A stretch of DNA of 63,420 bases, filler included, from Octopus bimaculoides (GCF_001194135.2; 6 parts of 5 records of this genome joined end to end with filler, not necessarily neighbours in it); one strand, 5' to 3'; numbered from the whole stretch's first letter, positions 40,095 to 53,959 are shown. The notes: a model not told the origin generated them from the letters alone. Made by a program: numbers and translations.

Positions 40095-41570
40095 TGTATG
40101 TATATATGTATGTATATATACATGTATACATATATACATACATATACATACCAAACTTTCATGCACACATACTACACACGAACACACACACATATACACA
40201 CACACATACACACACACACACACACATATATACACACACATGCCAACACTCCCATAACTACATCAATGCTTCCAATGGAACTTAACATTAATTTCGCAAT
40301 TCGTCGACTTTAATTCTTAGACACGTTTGAATTATTGCTGGAAGCCAGCAAACGAAAGTACCTCTTTTAAGGAAGAAATCTGAAATACAAGGCGCAAGGA
40401 ACATAGCGCGACAAGCTATCGATTTTCCAACTAACAAATCATAATGAATGCTGTAAGGAAATCTTTGCATGTCAATGCCTCAAATATATTATTAAGTGCA
40501 CACATATTCCGAGAGCTGATACATTAACGTAATGAATAGTCATAAATACAGATGGTAACCGACTTCGCCGCCGCCGCCGCCGCCGTCACCGCCGTTACCG
40601 CCAGCAGCAACAGCAGCAACAGTAGCAGTAGTGCTATCACCACCACCACCACCATAATCATCATCATCATCGTCGTCGTCGTCGTCGTCGTCGCCATTGT
40701 TGTCGTCATGTCTTCCGCGGCCGTCAGGCTCGCTTACTTACTCACCAGCATTTCGTCAGTACCACCACCAACACCTCCAACATACAACAGCAACAACATG
40801 GCCGTCGGCAGCATCGCCACTTGCGTTTGAATGTACCATCGCTGCAGCTGCTGCNNNNNNNNNNNNNNNNNNNNNNNNNNNNNNNNNNNNNNNNNNNNNN
40901 NNNNNNNNNNNNNNNNNNNNNNNNNNNNNNNNNNNNNNNNNNNNNNNNNNNNNNNNNNNNNNNNNNNNNNNNNNNNNNNNNNNNNNNNNNNNNNNNNNNN
41001 NNNNNNNNNNNNNNNNNNNNNNNNNNNNNNNNNNNNNNNNNNNNNNNNNNNNNNNNNNNNNNNNNNNNNNNNNNNNNNNNNNNNNNNNNNNNNNNNNNNN
41101 NNNNNNNNNNNNNNNNNNNNNNNNNNNNNNNNNNNNNNNNNNNNNNNNNNNNNNNNNNNNNNNNNNNNNNNNNNNNNNNNNNNNNNNNNNNNNNNNNNNN
41201 NNNNNNNNNNNNNNNNNNNNNNNNNNNNNNNNNNNNNNNNNNNNNNNNNNNNNNNNNNNNNNNNNNNNNNNNNNNNNNNNNNNNNNNNNNNNNNNNNNNN
41301 NNNNNNNNNNNNNNNNNNNNNNNNNNNNNNNNNNNNNNNNNNNNNNNNNNNNNNNNNNNNNNNNNNNNNNNNNNNNNNNNNNNNNNNNNNNNNNNNNNNN
41401 NNNNNNNNNNNNNNNNNNNNNNNNNNNNNNNNNNNNNNNNNNNNNNNNNNNNNNNNNNNNNNNNNNNNNNNNNNNNNNNNNNNNNNNNNNNNNNNNNNNN
41501 NNNNNNNNNNNNNNNNNNNNNNNNNNNNNNNNNNNNNNNNNNNNNNNNNNNNNNNNNNNNNNNNNNNNNN

Positions 41571-41613
<43 letters not shown>

Positions 41614-41705
41614 TACATACATACACGCACAGACAGGAAGAGAGAAAGGAACGATACATACATACATTCATATACACACATTAATATATATATATTTACA
41701 CATTT

Positions 41706-41758
41706 GGTGGTGCTCCAGCATTGCCATAGCTTTAGGGCTGAAAGGTATAAAAGAATAA
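41706..41758 (+). mobile_element. Isolated LINE-type 3' tail (highly 5'-truncated insertion)
   Basis: ggtggtgctccagcattgccatagctttagggctgaaa..taaaagaataa; closer to the LINE tail at 23-68 than to SINE A tails. Confidence 0.65.
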
Positions 41759-42610
41759 CACACTATGTATGTATATGTAGACGTATACACACCTACATAT
41801 TAATACTCACAAAAATATGAATATCTATATATCTACATAATCATGTACATGTGTGTGTTTTATATGTGTGCGTGTTGTGTGTGTTGTGTGTGTGTTGTGT
41901 GTGTGCGTTGTGTGTGTTGGAATCTATAGAGTATGTATACACGATTTTAATACAATTAATTTATTGTTTCTTCTCCATATTTTATAATCATTGATGTCGT
42001 TTTTATCATTAACGATCTCCTCCTCCTCCTTTTCCATCTCCACCTCCTCCTTTTCCATCTCCTCCCCCTCCATCTCCTCCTCCTCCACCTCCTCCTTTTC
42101 TTCGCCTTGTTTTCACTTCTTCTTTACATCCTTCATTCAATTTCTGCGAATAATAGTTTTATTCCTCACCACCTCCTTTCTTCCTTTCTTTTTTCTTTCT
42201 TTCTTTACGGTTTCTTTCTTCCCTTCTTTCATCCTTCTTTCTTCTTTTTGTCATTCTTTCTTCATTTCTTTCTGTCTACCACCATCTCACTCTCCCTCCC
42301 CTACCTCTCTCTCTCTCTTATCCTTCCTCCTTTGTATTTGCTTAATTTCGTTTTCTCTCAGATTTCGTTTTCCGAGAAATATCCGTATCGTCTGCATAAT
42401 GGCAGCCTTTTCTAACGAAATCTCATAGATTTTTCAAGACATTGTCAATGGTGAGAAAAAGCAAAAAAGAAAACCTTTTGTTGCTTCACTTTTTAAACAG
42501 TAAACACTTACTAACGGCAAATCGTTGAGTGAAGAAATCTTAGGTGTTTATCTCTTGGAATGTCTTGTGGCAAAACGTTTAACTTAAAGTATTAATATGA
42601 TTGTATAACG

Positions 42611-42805
42611 TGGCGAGATAGTAGAATCGTTAGCGAATTGGACATGATGCTTAACGGAATTTCTTCCGGCTCTTTGCATTAATTAATCCTGTCGAGGTCG
42701 ACTTCATTTTTCATCCTTCTGGAATTGATAAAATAAGTACCAGTTGATGTAACAGACTTACGCCGTCCCCTAAGAGTTGTTGTCCTTTTGCCAAAATTGA
42801 GAAAG
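42611..42805 (+). mobile_element. SINE group B, diverged
   Basis: gaatcgttagc..gaggtcgacttc..tcatccttc..gataaaataagtaccagtt. Confidence 0.8.
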
Positions 42806-43144
42806 AAGTATTGTATTTACGTATTTACACACGTTTCATAGTTACAGGAAACACACATTTCATTTATATTAGGGTTTTGATAACATTTACTTTAGCTCTC
42901 TGCTTTAATACTTGATGATTGTACTCTAAAATATAAACAATTAAATTGTTTATATTTTCAGAGTACGAATGAAGGAGTTTGTATGTGGTAGCTTGATCGG
43001 TTAAAAAAAAGTAGCCAAGTTTCAAATCTTGGTAAAGGAAAGGACATATTGTATAATTTAGCCTTACATAACTGTTTTATAGTGAAATTGTATACCCCTC
43101 CCGGTAAATAAGTGGTAGGACCGCAAATTATGGGGATGTAGCCT

Positions 43145-43380
43145 CACCAACACCGGTTGTCAAGCGATGGTGGGAGGACAAACACAGACACAAAGACACA
43201 CACAAACACATACATATATATATATACGACAGGCTTCTTTCACTCTCCGCCTGCCAAATCTGCTCACAAAGCTTTTGTTGATCCGAGGCTATAGTAGAAG
43301 ACACTTGCCCAAGGTGCCACGCAGTGGGACTGGACTCGGAACCATGTGATTGGGAAGAAAACTTCTTACCGCAGAGCTAC
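43145..43380 (-). mobile_element. SINE group A, 5' half
   Basis: ggttgtcaagcgatgg..aagacacttgcccaaggtgccacgcagtgggac. Confidence 0.88.
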
Positions 43381-43809
43381 TTTCACATTCATTTTGTTTT
43401 CTCGTTGTTCTTTAGTTCTAGATCAAGACTAAAGGCGTTCTAGCCGTGACCATCAGTTATGTGTTTTTATTAATACATTATTAAATTTTAGTGTCGAATA
43501 TGTAGTTTCTCTCGTTAACAGAGGTCGTAGAACATCGATCCAACATTAAATGCTGGTGCATTTTCTAATATTCGTGCTGTAATGCAAGTGATCTCTTCTT
43601 TGTCTCATAGATTCCAAATATACTTCGAAAACGCGGCAGCATTCTCCAGGCATCGTAACAACATGAGTTATGGGGCTGGTGGAGGAAACTTTTAACTTCG
43701 AAAATGAATCGTGTACTAACCAACAAACAATTAATATTTCATCTAAAGCTACGAGGAAGAGAAATGGTTATGATGTGTCCTACCATACACCATTGATGTA
43801 AATAACGTT

Positions 43810-44005
43810 CTTTTCCACTCTAGGCACAAGGCCCGAAATTTTGGGGGAGGGGACCAGTCGAATAGATCGACCCCAGTACGCAATTGGCACTCAAGTTATC
43901 GACCCCAAGGCAAAGACGACCTTGACGAAATTTGAACTCAGAGCGTAAAGACAGACGAAATTCCGCTAAGCATTTCGCCCGGCGTGCTAACGTTTCTGCC
44001 AGCCT
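43810..44005 (-). mobile_element. SINE group B
   Basis: ggcacaaggcccgaaattttggggg..atcgaccccag..gcatttcgcccggcgtgctaacgtttctgccagc. Confidence 0.9.
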
Positions 44006-44946
44006 TGATGTAAATAACATTGACGTGAAAAAGTTATTCTTGCTAATTACAATTTGTTCAAGTAAAACAACATAAAATTAAGCCATAGCTGATTGGAAAC
44101 CATATGGAGTGTCAGGAAATGCAGCAATGCATAAGTATTGAGAACAAACGAAGAACGAAAGAAGCCATCATATATATATGTTGAAATATAAAGATATCTC
44201 CTTGCTAAGGTGCAAAGGCCTTGAAAATAGAATTGCATGCTTTGTTGGTGTCTCCACAAGCAATGAATTAACAAACTATATAAGAATTCACAGACACTCC
44301 ACAAAACGCGACTGAAAAATCAATAATTTCGCCATCGATACGCGGAGAAAACTACAGTGCTTTCGATCATACCCGGTAATCAAGAGATAAAGTGATACGA
44401 TCAGCATTAAATGTCCAATATAAGATAAGACATTGGCATTTAGGAATGGTTCCAAGTTCTGAAATTTCTGACTAACAACCAAAAATCAATACCATCCATT
44501 ACTTTGCTCCAGTTCTTAAGAAAAGGTATTCTTTCTTAGGAATTTCAAAAAAGAAAAAAGAATATACTGCTGACTGATACATAATAATCGATGCCAATAA
44601 TCAGCAAATCGATTCAAAACGAAATGAAACGCGAGTTACACAATTAGGTGTCCTCTCTCGTTAATCTGGTGGTGTATTTACGATAGACACACAGGACGAT
44701 TTGACGAAACCGTGATCCGAATGTGTAATCCATTTAACTTACACATGAATAAACACGCACATTCATACACATACGTATGTATATATATATATATATATAT
44801 ATAAAGATAGATAGATAGATAGATATACACAGATACACACACACACATACACACACACGTATGCATATACACATACATATATGTTCATATCCGTACATAT
44901 AAGTGTATACATCCATTCATATAAGTGTATGTATGTATGTATATAT

Positions 44947-45046
44947 NNNNNNNNNNNNNNNNNNNNNNNNNNNNNNNNNNNNNNNNNNNNTTAATTAATT
45001 AANNNNNNNNNNNNNNNNNNNNNNNNNNNNNNNNNNNNNNNNNNNN
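44947..45046. other. Assembly join spacer
   Basis: 44 N + TTAATTAATTAA + 44 N. Confidence 0.95.
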
Positions 45047-45123
<77 letters not shown>

Positions 45124-45129
45124 ATATAT

Positions 45130-46240
45130 TCCTTTATATATTCGTTTTGCAGGATTCTTGATGTGAAATCATGTGTTGAAACAAATATATTGTTGTGTAT
45201 GGGAATGGACAGATTTCTTTCGTCACACTTCAGTGACCTCATCAGTTGTCCTTTGCTTTCTTCTTTCTTATTTGTACGTCTTCCTTACTAATGATCAGCC
45301 ATTTTGTGTTTTGTATTCCTATTGTATGTGTCTTTATTTGCGCATGCGTATACCCCTGTGTGTGTCTATGTCTAGTAAACGCGTGTGTGTGGGGGGGGTG
45401 CCTTATTATCTGTATCCCCTATTTATACACGTTCGTTTAATTTGCTTTTATCTATTTTGTTCATGTGTTTATACATACTTATCTTTTTAAAATTCTTATT
45501 TGTCTTGTGGTTTTGTATTTAATTGAATATAATTTTGTTAACGTATATAGTTATTTAATTCCATTTGTTTATCTGTGTATTGTATTCTATTTTGTTCATA
45601 TTGTTATCGGTTTATAGGGTTCTTATTCTGTCATATGTTGTGGTGTGTTGGGGTGTGCGCTAGTGTTCCATTCCAGTTTCCTATTCAGGCTAAGTTTATC
45701 TTATATTATGTGTGTAGCTTCTGTAATTTGTCTAAGCGTTGCGTCTGTTCTATATGTTGACAAGATTTTAACTTCTATGTTGTTGAGTGAGCCCCAGTGC
45801 TCCTGCTCGGCTTGCTGGTACAGAACCGATGAGATCTTCTCTTCCTTAAGTTTCCTCCAATGTACATTTAACCCCCCCTCCTATAATCCGTGCTGTTTCC
45901 CCTACCTACGTCGTTGTCTTGCTACTGCACCGTCCCTCTGTACATCTCATACATTTCTGGCTTTACAGTTTGTTTGTGGGCTAAATCTACATAGAATACA
46001 ATTCCTATTAGTACAGGGGGTTCTACCAAAAGGGTAGCTTCTACCGATTAGGGATTTGATAGGTTTGCCTGGCCTTTCAACCACCTTAATTCTTTGCTTA
46101 AATTTGTCTAGGGCCCTTCTAAATCGGTACACCAGTTCGCCTCTAGGGGTGTTGTGGACGGACATGATACTCTGGCATTTCTGGCTATCATACCAAGAGT
46201 TGGCCTTCCCTATTTCCTTCTTAATCCTTTCAATGGTGCT
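45130..46240 (-). mobile_element. Penelope-like element 3' part: Cys-rich linker, GIY-YIG endonuclease and 3' region
   Basis: VHNTPRGELVYRFR..IKVVERPGKPIKSLIGRSYPF..CTNRNCILC..NCKARNV, then (Y>*)VGETAR..VKILSTYRTDATLRQITEA..LNRKLEWN at about 45650-46240, frameshifted. The non-coding extension to 45130 is inferred. Confidence 0.82.
45207..45251 (-). ncRNA. Minimal hammerhead ribozyme motif in the Penelope-like element 3' region
   Basis: Minus strand GGACAA-CUGAUGA-G-GUCAC-ugaagu-GUGAC-GAAA-gaa-AUC-UGUCC: core, stem I and stem II present; stem III vestigial. Confidence 0.65.
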
Positions 46241-47458
46241 ATAGCTTATATATTACTTTTCGTTTTTCTTTGTGAGATTGCATCGGCGTCCTTAATTTGG
46301 CTCAGATTCAGGATGAGCGGATACTAATTTCGGTAAATGAACAATTTATATACGAATGCGGGATTTAATCCTCATGTTGTGAACACGAGTTCAAGCGAAA
46401 TAAATGTCTTTTTTCCATGACATCTGAAAATATTACCGTTTCTGGATGCAAATATTTTGGTATGGATTGAAAAGAAAGGTTTTTTTTTTATATCCAGCTT
46501 GATGCGTTAATAATTAGGTTAATAATTTGCCAAAAGAATAGAAAGCAGTTCTACGATAATTATTGGTTTTCTGGTCCCGTAAATGAAATGCGGTTCATAT
46601 TTAAAGAGAATTGACAGAGACGCAATTATTAGAGTTTATAGTGGGAATAACTGGGCAAAAAGCTGTGTATGACCCAATGAAAAAAGAGACAATTAACCGA
46701 AAAGCAAACTAGATGCCTTGACAGTGTAATTGCCTACGGTAAAATGCCAAATTCCATGGAACAAAGAAAAAATACATGACAGATATTAGAGAAGATCTGA
46801 CCAGTGCATGCGACTGTGTGACAGATATTCCAGATTGTCAATAAGCATCACCAAAACAGCGAAAGATTTTGATATAGTGAACGTAATCTGAGAATTTAGC
46901 AGCATCGCTGTCGTTGATATCGAGGTATTTATTTCATAGAGACGATCGGCCACTGAACTGTGATGAAGTATATCAAGTAACTGAAAAGTGATCTTCAACT
47001 TTATATTACATGTTGAACGCTATGCTGTCTATAATGTCGTATGTAATGGTATTACACTCGTGTTCATGGTGTATTTCATGTAATCATACTCGAATTTGCA
47101 TACAATAAAATAATTGATGAACAGAATTATGATACATCACTACCATCAACATTAATGTCATCGTCATCATCATCATCGTTCTCAGCGTCATCATCATCAC
47201 CACCAACACACTAGCGGCATTACCAGTTATACCATCGCCGATAGCAAACCTCTAGGAATTACATGAACCAACATTAAATTGATACTAGGTTGATGAGATG
47301 ATGTCTAGCATGTTTATTTGTCTTGTCTGTTAATCGTTTCTGTATTTTATTGTTATTTCCACATACAGACACCAGATGCACTAATATATACATGCATGAA
47401 TATACATATGTATATATACGTTTATATATACGTTTATATATATATAAAAACACACACG

Positions 47459-47509
<51 letters not shown>

Positions 47510-48924
47510 TGCGAAGTGGTTGCAAAAACAAAAGTCATTTAACTTCTTCGTTGTAATTAAGGGAACACTCATTGAAGACACGCAATTTGTGAGAGATATA
47601 ATGTGTGAAAGATGTGTGAAATATACATCTGTAATATATAGGGAGTAATTCTATGTAAGCTAATTGTAAATTCGTCGTAACACGCATTAATAAAGGCTAA
47701 AAGGAAATAACTAGAGGCCTATTTGAAATGGGGTCAGAGGCTAAATATGTGAAAGTATTGAAGATGTTTCCTGAAGAACCGTGAACACTGTAGGGTGCAA
47801 CATTCCTGAGAAGTAAACCGTCATCGAGCTAAATGTCGACATATTACAAACAGTTAACAATAAAATTCTGTTAATCTTTCTATCATCAGAATAATTAGAA
47901 CGTATACCGATATGTAACTTCGATGAATATTTTTAAATCACAATGGTTGTCATAGAAAATGATATAGAGCATTAATGTGATCAATTCAGAATTTATATAA
48001 GCATTCATACTGAGAATATCTAATCCGTTAACATGTATAGTTAAATATAACTTCATTCTCGATTTTAAAAAAATTATAATGTAGTTACAAATTTTCTATT
48101 TTCGCGTATATTCCTGTGTTTCAAACATTGTTCAAAGTTATTCGTAACATATCGAATGAGCGGCCAAATGCTGTATTGCAAACGCGACTTTATCTTACTA
48201 AAATTAATCTGATGATATATTTTCATTTCATTTGTCTAGGAACCCCGTATCTTCTCTTGATATCAATTTCATCTACTACATACTTTTCAAATTACTGAAA
48301 TCCTCCCATAGGTATTAAACAGGCTGTTGACAATTCACAATGGATTAGATTTCTAAACTCCATTTAATTTTCTGACAAATACGTTTTCCCAAATCGAATA
48401 TTATCTCCATTATTAGAATGCAACATATGTTATTTATTTATTTCTATTTCATGCTACGTTCTCACTGAAACATTTGTCACTTTCGCATATAATTAGAGTT
48501 TATCTGTGAAATCAAGAGAACATGAATGATGCAAATGTAATTCAAAAGTTATGATAAAATATTTCCATTATTTCTTTTACCACAAAACTGTTCAAGAGTT
48601 TATATTTATTGAACAGAATAACGAATATTTTCAATTTAGTAATTTTTATTAGCGCAAGTAAATTAGAATCAGGTTTATCTACGCTCACTGTGAATCATTG
48701 CTATTGTAATCAAATATGATATATGTTGAGTCGTTACCAAATCATATCTTACTAATTGTTAAACTTTCTATGGTTTCTATAGGAAACCCCAGAATACTTC
48801 GGCTCGACTACGCATGCGCATACATATACTTAGAAATACAGAAGCCTACTGTTCTCTCCCTCCAAGAGCGTATTTTGAATGAGCATCGCTAATAAATAGA
48901 CTCCCAACTTTTTTGTTTTTTTTT

Positions 48925-49200
48925 TCTTTAAGACTGGTACTTATTTTGTTGTCTCTCTTGCCGAGCCGCTATGTTGCAGAGACATAAACAAAGTTGTTAA
49001 GTGGTACTGAGGAACAAGCTCGACATAAACACGCACACACATATACGACAGGCTTCTTTCAGTTTCCCTCTACCAAATCCACTCACAAGTATTTGGTCGG
49101 CCCGACGCTATAGTAGAAGACACTTACTAAAGATGACATGTAATGGGACTGAACTCGAAATCATGTGGTTGGGAAGCAAGCTTCTTATCATACAGTGACA
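48925..49200 (-). mobile_element. SINE group A, deleted copy
   Basis: gccgagccgcta..ggcttctttcagtttcc..ccaaatccactcacaag..catgtggttgggaagcaagc. Confidence 0.85.
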
Positions 49201-49988
49201 TCTGCCTCGATGTATAAAATTTGACAAGATAAAAGAAGTGAAGTGAGAGAAAAGAGCTTTATTCTGTTATCTAAAACCTGTTTCGTAACTACAGTAGTTA
49301 CATACATGCAGCTAGATAATCCGTCAGACATGTATAAACGAAGTGACGGTTACAAATTATACACATCAGACTTGTACTAAAATCTATGATGACAATAATT
49401 TTGTATTTCTTCTTACTCATCATATAAACGCAACTAATGGTCTTGTGTTAAGAAACCCAATAGAATGTGCAACTGGAGCAACTGTGTTCAACACCATTAT
49501 GATAACGAAAGTGTGGAGAATATTTTAACTTAGACGTTTTCGGTCAAATGTCTGTTACTACATAAGAGCTGTTGCTGCTAAATTCGCGACCGGATTACAT
49601 CCTAATGTTAATTTATTTAAATGCAAATGAAAATATAACATGATGTCGTTGGTGTAGTTCGTGTGGGACCTCAAAGGGAGAAATACTGTCAAATCAACTT
49701 TGTAACCTATTATTTGTAATATACTTATTTAGAGAGGAGACTGCGGTTACCGAAATATGTGCTCAGTAGGGGTGTTTGAAAACCACAATATTATGGCAAA
49801 TTTAAGTACTGAGCATAAGATATTAATTCACTCTTCTCATTTCTTCAATAGTTGTTTTAAATGTTAATATAATTGTTCTCATTTTAACTCAAGTACGTTG
49901 TCCGGAAATCTTTCGTTGCGCATTTGCGATTCTTTTCGCAGAGAGTGATGTGTTGATCAACTGAATTTCGTTAATAGAGATACACATT

Positions 49989-50053
<65 letters not shown>

Positions 50054-50762
50054 NNNNNNNNNNNNNNNNNNNNNNNNNNNNNNNNNNNNNNNNNNNNNNN
50101 NNNNNNNNNNNNNNNNNNNNNNNNNNNNNNNNNNNNNNNNNNNNNNNNNNNNNNNNNNNNNNNNNNNNNNNNNNNNNNNNNNNNNNNNNNNNNNNNNNNN
50201 NNNNNNNNNNNNNNNNNNNNNNNNNNNNNNNNNNNNNNNNNNNNNNNNNNNNNNNNNNNNNNNNNNNNNNNNNNNNNNNNNNNNNNNNNNNNNNNNNNNN
50301 NNNNNNNNNNNNNNNNNNNNNNNNNNNNNNNNNNNNNNNNNNNNNNNNNNNNNNNNNNNNNNNNNNNNNNNNNNNNNNNNNNNNNNNNNNNNNNNNNNNN
50401 NNNNNNNNNNNNNNNNNNNNNNNNNNNNNNNNNNNNNNNNNNNNNNNNNNNNNNNNNNNNNNNNNNNNNNNNNNNNNNNNNNNNNNNNNNNNNNNNNNNN
50501 NNNNNNNNNNNNNNNNNNNNNNNNNNNNNNNNNNNNNNNNNNNNNNNNNNNNNNNNNNNNNNNNNNNNNNNNNNNNNNNNNNNNNNNNNNNNNNNNNNNN
50601 NNNNNNNNNNNNNNNNNNNNNNNNNNNNNNNNNNNNNNNNNNNNNNNNNNNNNNNNNNNNNNNNNNNNNNNNNNNNNNNNNNNNNNNNNNNNNNNNNNNN
50701 NNNNNNNNNNNNNNNNNNNNNNNNNNNNNNNNNNNNNNNNNNNNNNNNNNNNNNNNNNNNNN

Positions 50763-51478
50763 CCAAATGCTTCTTTTGGTTATCTCCACACGTATACTAG
50801 GCCAATGTTCGGAAATAAGGTAAAAGATAACTCGTGCGAGAAAATAACATTCTTCCACTGCTCTAGGGACCAATTTTGTAGGTTTTTACCCCACTCTAAA
50901 CGCTTTGAAACGTTTCTTTTTGAAAGTAGTGGTTTTCTGATTGCCGTCTTCCCGTGAAATCCGGCTTCGTGCAGCTCCCGGCGAACAGTTTTTTGTGGAA
51001 TGGATTCTCGAGGTGGTCATTAAGCTCTACGGCAATTTTGGGAGTTGAATTTTTATGATCGTTTCTAACAGTTCACGTATGAGTCCAATGGCCCCTATAT
51101 GAAAGTTTTGGTTTTCTTACAGAGTTTTGTTTCGAGGAGGAGGTATTTCCCTATTTCTCAAAGGCTGTCATTATTTCGAGACAGTACTTCTTGATACACC
51201 ACACATTTTGGCTGTTTTATGTACGCTAGCGCCTGACATACAAGCATCAACAATTTGACCTCTTTGAAAGTCCGATAGATCTATTATATTAATGAATTTT
51301 AATTACCTTTTCCTGATGTCATCTGAAAAGAGACAGTAATATTAGTAAAACATATTAAGTAATACTCATAATAAATCAATATCATAAAAATAAACAAGTT
51401 TTCGACGGTTTTATACATACTTCAAAATAATTATGATATTATGGTGCTATCTGTTTCCATTAATTTTCCCAACCTCTG
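50763..51478 (-). mobile_element. Tc1-family transposon, 5' half (remainder in gap)
   Basis: DLSDFQRGQIV..GVSRSTVSK..KTVRRELHEAGFHGKTAIRKPLLS..QWKNVIFSHELSFTLFP..VYVWR*PKEAF; terminal repeat CAGAGGTTGGGAAAATTAATGGAAAC ending at 51478, next to TA. Confidence 0.9.
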
Positions 51479-51946
51479 TATGTCTACACATAGTCACTTT
51501 TAACTATATACTTACAATAAAGAACGTAAGAAACCTACACATTTGCACATGCTTCGAATATCTGTGGAAAAAATTTCGTATCATACTGATATTCGTATCA
51601 CAAAAATTTTACACATTCTCAAAGATATTAATTACAGAAATATATGAATATAAAACCACTTGCAAATATAATCACGATAAGAATAATTTAAATATAAAAT
51701 ACTTGCAAAATTAATATATATCTGTAATTGAATTATTGGTTGGGGGATATTAAAAACGTAGAATAATTCATTTTACTTTAGGAAAGTTACCGTTATTATA
51801 ATTATGAAAATTTGATTACTGATAAATGGAATTATATCATAAAAATGTAAACATGTAGATAATAGAGTTATGAAATATATGTCATTACTGTTGTCCTTTG
51901 ATAGTATGAACACAAATTGCGCTCACAATATGTACAATTATGAGAA

Positions 51947-51996
51947 AGTAATTACCAGATCGTGAAGAATATACTCTTCACGATCTGGTACTTACT
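51947..51996. repeat. 50-bp near-perfect palindrome
   Basis: agtaa-t-taccagatcgtgaaga-atatac-tcttcacgatctggta-c-ttact. Confidence 0.95.
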
Positions 51997-52399
51997 AAGA
52001 TTGACTTTGATATAAAAGTTACATACATATATTCATGCATGCATACGTACATACTTACATGAATACATAAATGCATACATACATACATGCATACATACAT
52101 AAACATTTATATATTGATATATGCACATTCACATGCGTATGTTTGTATGAGTTTAGCGTTGACTGTCGGAAGAAAAAAATCACAGGATATCATACTACAC
52201 ATTGACGATATTTCTATTTTGTTCGAATGAATTTCCTGCTAAAATTTTGCCTGTAGATGCAGAAACCAGGAACACTTAGAGTCAAAACTCAGAGGAGCCA
52301 GTATGTATGTATGCGCGCACACACACACTCACACACACAAACGCACGCATGCACACACACATACACACATATACACACACACAAACACACCCACCCACG

Positions 52400-52468
<69 letters not shown>

Positions 52469-53749
52469 ACAAAGTCATTGAAATCGCAAGCCTGCCATTC
52501 TTATTTGAATAGTGTTTGCTATTTTAACACCTATTTATTTTATAGCAATTTCTTGTCTAATGAAGAGAAAATCCGACCAGAATGTGACTTGATTTTAGAA
52601 TAAATGTACAAAAAAAGTTTTGGCATTGTTGTATGTGTAAAACATCACTTATGGTTTATTTCTTTATTTCTATTAGACACGGTAAGATATTTTCTTGATG
52701 GAGTCTGAATTGAAACTAAATCCAATAAGTCTCAATTCACTCATGACTTTAGTTATAAATTCAAGTATGTTGGGAATTTAAAACGACTATTTTGAATTTC
52801 GCTTATCAGAATCTTCATTTGATTTCTTATACTCTCCCCAGAAATTACTTAAGACTGCAGAACTGAATCATTGTTAGCATTTTGACGCTAAATTGTTAGT
52901 GTCTGCTGTGAGATCTCAAGACGAGATTAGTCAATAACAATTTTGTGCTGTTTTCTTTTTCTGGCAGACAAGACAGCGCATATCTATAAGTTTAATCTAA
53001 ATTAAGAATTTAACAAAAGGACTACCGCAAACATCATACAGCTCACCTGTGGAAAGCAAAGATGATAAATTTTCAGGCAGACGAAACGAAATGATGGCGT
53101 CAGAGGAGTGAATGAAGTGTTTGCGAAAAGAAAATTAATTTCGCAAATTATACAGTCAAAAGATTGTCTACTTTTTATATTCTGATTACTCAATTTCTCT
53201 TCAATTTCTAACTTGTGTTATTTTAATTAATATTTTATTTTCATTTATGTCTATTTAATCTGATAAAATTTTGGGATACTGATTTGCGATACTGATTATT
53301 TTTATCCAACGATATATGTGTACGTTATATACTGATGCGAAAATAAGAAAGCATATATGTCGTTTATAAACATGATATTCTTAAATTTTGTTGTAAATAT
53401 AATATATAGCTGTGTGACTCTACACAAAGGAGTAGACTTAATTGAGGAGAAACAATGCCTTAAAATCACGGTGAAACAAAAAAGAAATCACATCTACAAA
53501 AACTAGTATAGAATTACATAGCCTTCACAAGTAAATTTTAAAATGTATATTGCAAGCATCATTAACAAGCTAACGAACAATAATTATATGATGGTCGAAA
53601 TAAAATATAGCGTAACGAATCAGTTTAATGTGAAATTTACTTTATGTTAGCTGGACACGAAAACAAAACATTTATTTAAATATATATAGGTGTGTGTGTA
53701 TGCGTGTGTGGGTGTGCGTGTGTGTGTGTGTGTGTATGGATATATATGT

Positions 53750-53842
<93 letters not shown>

Positions 53843-53942
53843 NNNNNNNNNNNNNNNNNNNNNNNNNNNNNNNNNNNNNNNNNNNNTTAATTAATTAANN
53901 NNNNNNNNNNNNNNNNNNNNNNNNNNNNNNNNNNNNNNNNNN
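53843..53942. other. Assembly join spacer
   Basis: 44 N + TTAATTAATTAA + 44 N. Confidence 0.95.
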
Positions 53943-53959
53943 AGGACATATATACAACG

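Noticed and set aside
44215-44315. C2H2 zinc-finger-like STSNELTNYIRIH
   Set aside because: First Cys, Phe and first His are missing, and there are no neighbouring fingers or TGEKP linker.
48807-48822. NRF1-like tacgcatgcgca promoter motif
   Set aside because: Single imperfect motif with no CpG island or downstream exon.
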